Virus record (IMG/VR): IMGVR_UViG_3300032292_000873
Coordinates: 1 to 26,882 of that record
Source: a virus
Lineage: Duplodnaviria > Caudoviricetes
DNA: 26,882 bases
Strand: one strand, 5' to 3'
The notes under the pieces: generated by a model
The model's database searches: none
What the model saw: the letters and a program-made list of their open reading frames with translations, nothing else
What the model was told of the DNA's origin: nothing
Shown here: positions 24,123 to 26,882 of the stretch, piece after piece
Layout of the letters: every line of letters begins with the position of its first letter
Position numbering within the stretch: position 1 is the first letter of the stretch
Translations under genes and position numbers: made by a program

Positions 24123-25247
24123 ATGTCTATTTATACAAATCTGAACTCTACGAGACAGTTGACTACGTCGAGTCTTACTTCCATTGTAGACATTACTAAC
24201 CTAAATTTTAAGAGCCTATCGTCAGCTACATTGGAGTTCTTAAATAACATCCAATACGATGAGACGAACAATAACTTTACGGTAAATACTGGAAACTTTC
24301 AATTCGTAAATGTACTAAATACCCTATCTCTTAAAACGGATGGGATAACTACGTTTACGATAGATTCTTTAGGTAGAGCGGAAGGCCAGGAGTTATTAGT
24401 AAAGGTAGCCGAATCACAAAGATTAAGGTTTACTGACTTTAATGATTGGCCGGATCAAGGAGTTCCAGGTGAGGTAATTTATACTGGAATCCAAAATCAA
24501 AAACCTCAATTCGGAGAAGACTTCATTGGCTACTTACAGAGTAAGGGCTGGGTTAGTCTTACTCAGGGAGGTTTTTCAAATTACTTAACCCTAGCCGAAT
24601 TAGACGGCAGTCCTCCGATTCCACCAAACCCTGCACAAGACAATGGAATAATTTGGATAGGCGGGCCTGGTTACGAGACAGCATACACACCAACTACTCA
24701 AACAGTTTACTACACAGATGAGAACGGTCAGATATTTGATCTTACTTATTCTACTGGTGCACCAGGACCTCAAGGTCCTGCTGGAGCTACTGGCCCTGCT
24801 GGAGCTACTGGCCCTGCTGGAGCAGCCGGACCTGCTGGACCTGCAGGTACTAGCTTGATGAAGTCATACGTTTTAAAGATTCTCTTTAATAGCGGTTCGA
24901 TTGATGCAGCGACACCTTTTCTAGCAGCAGAAGATCCAGACGGTAACGACCTATTGAGCGAACCTGGTTGGAGCTTCACTAGAGACAGCTCGTCTCAAAT
25001 AACGATAACTCACCCTGAAACACAGACTGCTTTAAACTTTATGACACATGCTGAGAATTCGACTAACATCTTTATTTCAAAGGCAGTTGCAGGAACAGGC
25101 GGATCAGGTACCAGTGCTAGACAAAACTTTGCGACTACCTCAATAGGAATAACTGGTCTATCTTCCACTTTTACTGGAGTCAATTCAGGAGCAGGATATA
25201 GACTTTATTTGACATGGCAGTTCTCAGACAACACAATATTCATATAA
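24123..25247 (+). CDS. Collagen-repeat virion fibre/decoration protein
   Basis: 11 Gly-X-Y triplets (GAPGPQGPAGAT...) between beta-rich domains. AATAAATAA lies upstream. Confidence 0.75.
   Translation: MSIYTNLNSTRQLTTSSLTSIVDITNLNFKSLSSATLEFLNNIQYDETNNNFTVNTGNFQFVNVLNTLSLKTDGITTFTIDSLGRAEGQELLVKVAESQRLRFTDFNDWPDQGVPGEVIYTGIQNQKPQFGEDFIGYLQSKGWVSLTQGGFSNYLTLAELDGSPPIPPNPAQDNGIIWIGGPGYETAYTPTTQTVYYTDENGQIFDLTYSTGAPGPQGPAGATGPAGATGPAGAAGPAGPAGTSLMKSYVLKILFNSGSIDAATPFLAAEDPDGNDLLSEPGWSFTRDSSSQITITHPETQTALNFMTHAENSTNIFISKAVAGTGGSGTSARQNFATTSIGITGLSSTFTGVNSGAGYRLYLTWQFSDNTIFI
24756..24854 (+). repeat. Pro-rich collagen Gly-X-Y x11
   Basis: Includes a tandem 18-bp unit cctgctggagctactggc. Confidence 0.9.
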
Positions 25248-25272
25248 AAATTGAAAACAATAAGGATTAGAT

Positions 25273-26882
25273 ATGGCACAAATTCCTAGACTACCCGTTA
25301 CAATGGTTGCATCCGTGAGAAACGGATCGGTTTCGGTCTCTAGAAACTATAATAACCCAGCCAGCGCATATGATGGATTTCCTTATGAATTTGACTGTAT
25401 CTTAGACATAATTCCTCTAAGTACATCCGAGATTCCTAATTATGAGTTTAACGGGAACGACATTGAGGTTGGGATGTGGATCCTACAACAGTCGGGTTTA
25501 GCTTTTGAGATTACAGCAGTCACAGTAAACACTACAGTTGAGGTACAAGTTACGTTAAGAGATACTAATCTTTATAATCTATTAAGCGATTATACATTTA
25601 ACGGAAGTAACTACCCACAAGATACTTTAAACGGCGTGATATTTTCAATATCTGAGACCGGTGAACCGATTTTACCTGCAATCCAGTTAATGTCTCCTAA
25701 CCTACCTGACGGTGGCTATTGGATAAACGACGCATACGCTAGGTTTCAATATCGTAACTTTGCAGTAAGCCATTACAACTTTGATCCTAACAATTTAATA
25801 TATTCATCATATAACGTAGGTCAGTTAGTCTACATAGGGCTATCTGGAATAGATTATGTGTTCTTACCGGTCGATGAGAATGATGTTTCAGAAGTGAAGA
25901 AAGCATTCGGTATCGTTTCTTCTGTAAACGAGCCGGAAGACGGTAACCTTACAGTCAGACCGTTTGGTAAAATAATTAAGACGGATTTCGCATTACCTGG
26001 AAACCCAGGAGATGTGTTATATTATGATTCGGCAGCTTCACCTTCATATGTGACTGTCACCGAACCTTTAACTAGTCCAATTCCTGTCTATATTAAGATA
26101 GACACATACACAGCATCATTCTTATATCCAGCATCTGCAGGTGGAGGAAGTGCAACAACTAGTGGTAGTTCAGGTTCTTCAGGAACAAGCGGAATAGACG
26201 GTACTTCAGGTTCTTCAGGTTCTTCTGGAGTCAGTGGTACTTCAGGTACTTCGGGAATTTCTGGAGTAAATGGAACAAGCGGATCTTCAGGAACAACTGG
26301 AACAAGTGGATCTTCTGGGAGTTCAGGATCTAGCGGTTCTAGTGGAACTTCAGGAATAGACGGTACTTCAGGTTCTAGCGGTACTTCGGGAATTAATGGT
26401 ACTTCAGGTACTTCGGGAATTTCTGGAGTAAATGGAACAAGCGGATCTTCAGGTACATCAGGAATTAACGGTACTTCAGGCTCTTCAGGTACAGACGGTA
26501 CCTCAGGTACTAGCGGAAGCTCAGGAACAGACGGTACGAGCGGCTCTTCAGGTACTTCGGGAACTTCAGGAATTGACGGTACTTCTGGTTCTAGCGGAAC
26601 AGACGGTACATCAGGCACCAGTGGAAGCTCGGGAACAGACGGTACCTCAGGTACTAGCGGAAGCTCAGGAACAGACGGTACTAGTGGTTCAAGCGGTACT
26701 GATGGTACTAGCGGAAGTTCAGGAACTTCAGGCTCAAGCGGAACAGACGGTACTAGCGGGTCAAGCGGTACAGACGGTACTTCGGGTTCCTCAGGAACAG
26801 ACGGTACGAGCGGCTCTTCTGGAACAGATGGAACTAGCGGAACAAGCGGTATTGATGGAACTTCAGGTAGCTCAGGTACTTC
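25273..26882 (+). CDS. Partial (3'-truncated) fibre-like protein with long Gly-Thr/Ser collagen-like tract
   Basis: ATG at 25273 (MAQIPRLPVTMVASVRNG...), open to the window end. A ~297-aa globular region is followed by GSSGSSGTSGIDGTS... Not in the ORF track because there is no stop codon in the window. Confidence 0.9.
   Translation, partial: MAQIPRLPVTMVASVRNGSVSVSRNYNNPASAYDGFPYEFDCILDIIPLSTSEIPNYEFNGNDIEVGMWILQQSGLAFEITAVTVNTTVEVQVTLRDTNLYNLLSDYTFNGSNYPQDTLNGVIFSISETGEPILPAIQLMSPNLPDGGYWINDAYARFQYRNFAVSHYNFDPNNLIYSSYNVGQLVYIGLSGIDYVFLPVDENDVSEVKKAFGIVSSVNEPEDGNLTVRPFGKIIKTDFALPGNPGDVLYYDSAASPSYVTVTEPLTSPIPVYIKIDTYTASFLYPASAGGGSATTSGSSGSSGTSGIDGTSGSSGSSGVSGTSGTSGISGVNGTSGSSGTTGTSGSSGSSGSSGSSGTSGIDGTSGSSGTSGINGTSGTSGISGVNGTSGSSGTSGINGTSGSSGTDGTSGTSGSSGTDGTSGSSGTSGTSGIDGTSGSSGTDGTSGTSGSSGTDGTSGTSGSSGTDGTSGSSGTDGTSGSSGTSGSSGTDGTSGSSGTDGTSGSSGTDGTSGSSGTDGTSGTSGIDGTSGSSGT
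26164..26882 (+). repeat. Proline-free Gly-X-Y repeat, ~80 triplets (9-bp period)
   Basis: A GGN codon recurs every 9 nt from 26164 to 26875. Triplets are mainly GTS, GSS, GTD and GID, with varied synonymous codons. Confidence 0.95.

Noticed and set aside
3389-24979. Remaining short opposite-strand or nested ORFs in the track (e.g. 4005, 5230, 6305, 6405, 7883, 10328, 14468, 15476, 19279, 21079, 23724, 24770)
   Set aside because: All overlap longer, motif-bearing genes and show no independent coding or regulatory signal.
26088-26618. 176-aa PEVP-repeat minus-strand ORF
   Set aside because: Reverse-complement image of the Gly-Thr-Ser repeat (GGN read as Pro codons). The plus-strand frame is the long open one.
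26164-26882. Periodic DNA considered as a CRISPR array or satellite
   Set aside because: The 9-bp period with third-position variation is a coding repeat. No constant repeat/unique spacer structure.
1-26882. Stop-codon reassignment, as in some large phages
   Set aside because: Genes tile the window under the standard code and conserved proteins are uninterrupted. TAG (821, 4601, 18006) and TGA (13030, 17032) act as real stops.
1-26882. tRNA or structured ncRNA genes
   Set aside because: Intergenic gaps are about 106 nt or less and AT-rich. No cloverleaf or extended structure was seen apart from the terminator.

Overview
Densely coding fragment of a large T4-like (myovirus-type, probably jumbo) phage genome using the standard genetic code. 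Genes run on the minus strand from ~22.6 kb leftwards and on the plus strand to the right of a divergent promoter region at ~22.65-22.73 kb. Virion genes: gp16/gp17-like terminase pair, gp6-like baseplate wedge, gp26/gp51-like hub/tail-chaperone pair, a LysM protein and two collagen-like fibre proteins. Other genes: an ECF-type sigma factor, a Nudix hydrolase and several membrane proteins. Two real genes run off the window ends and are missing from the ORF track: a zinc-peptidase-motif protein at <1..316 (-) and a Gly-Thr/Ser collagen protein at 25273..>26882 (+). Main candidates for novelty: (1) an insulated operon of FkbM methyltransferase + MBD4-like DNA glycosylase + T4 beta-glucosyltransferase-like enzyme, suggesting DNA hypermodification with coupled repair; (2) several proteins carrying a motif like the T4 capsid-targeting sequence at the N- or C-terminus, suggesting a packaged and injected payload; (3) apparently dead ATP-grasp and amidoligase folds; (4) a possible frameshift in the chaperone pair; (5) two promoter motif classes. 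All family assignments come from motif recognition by eye, not database searches.
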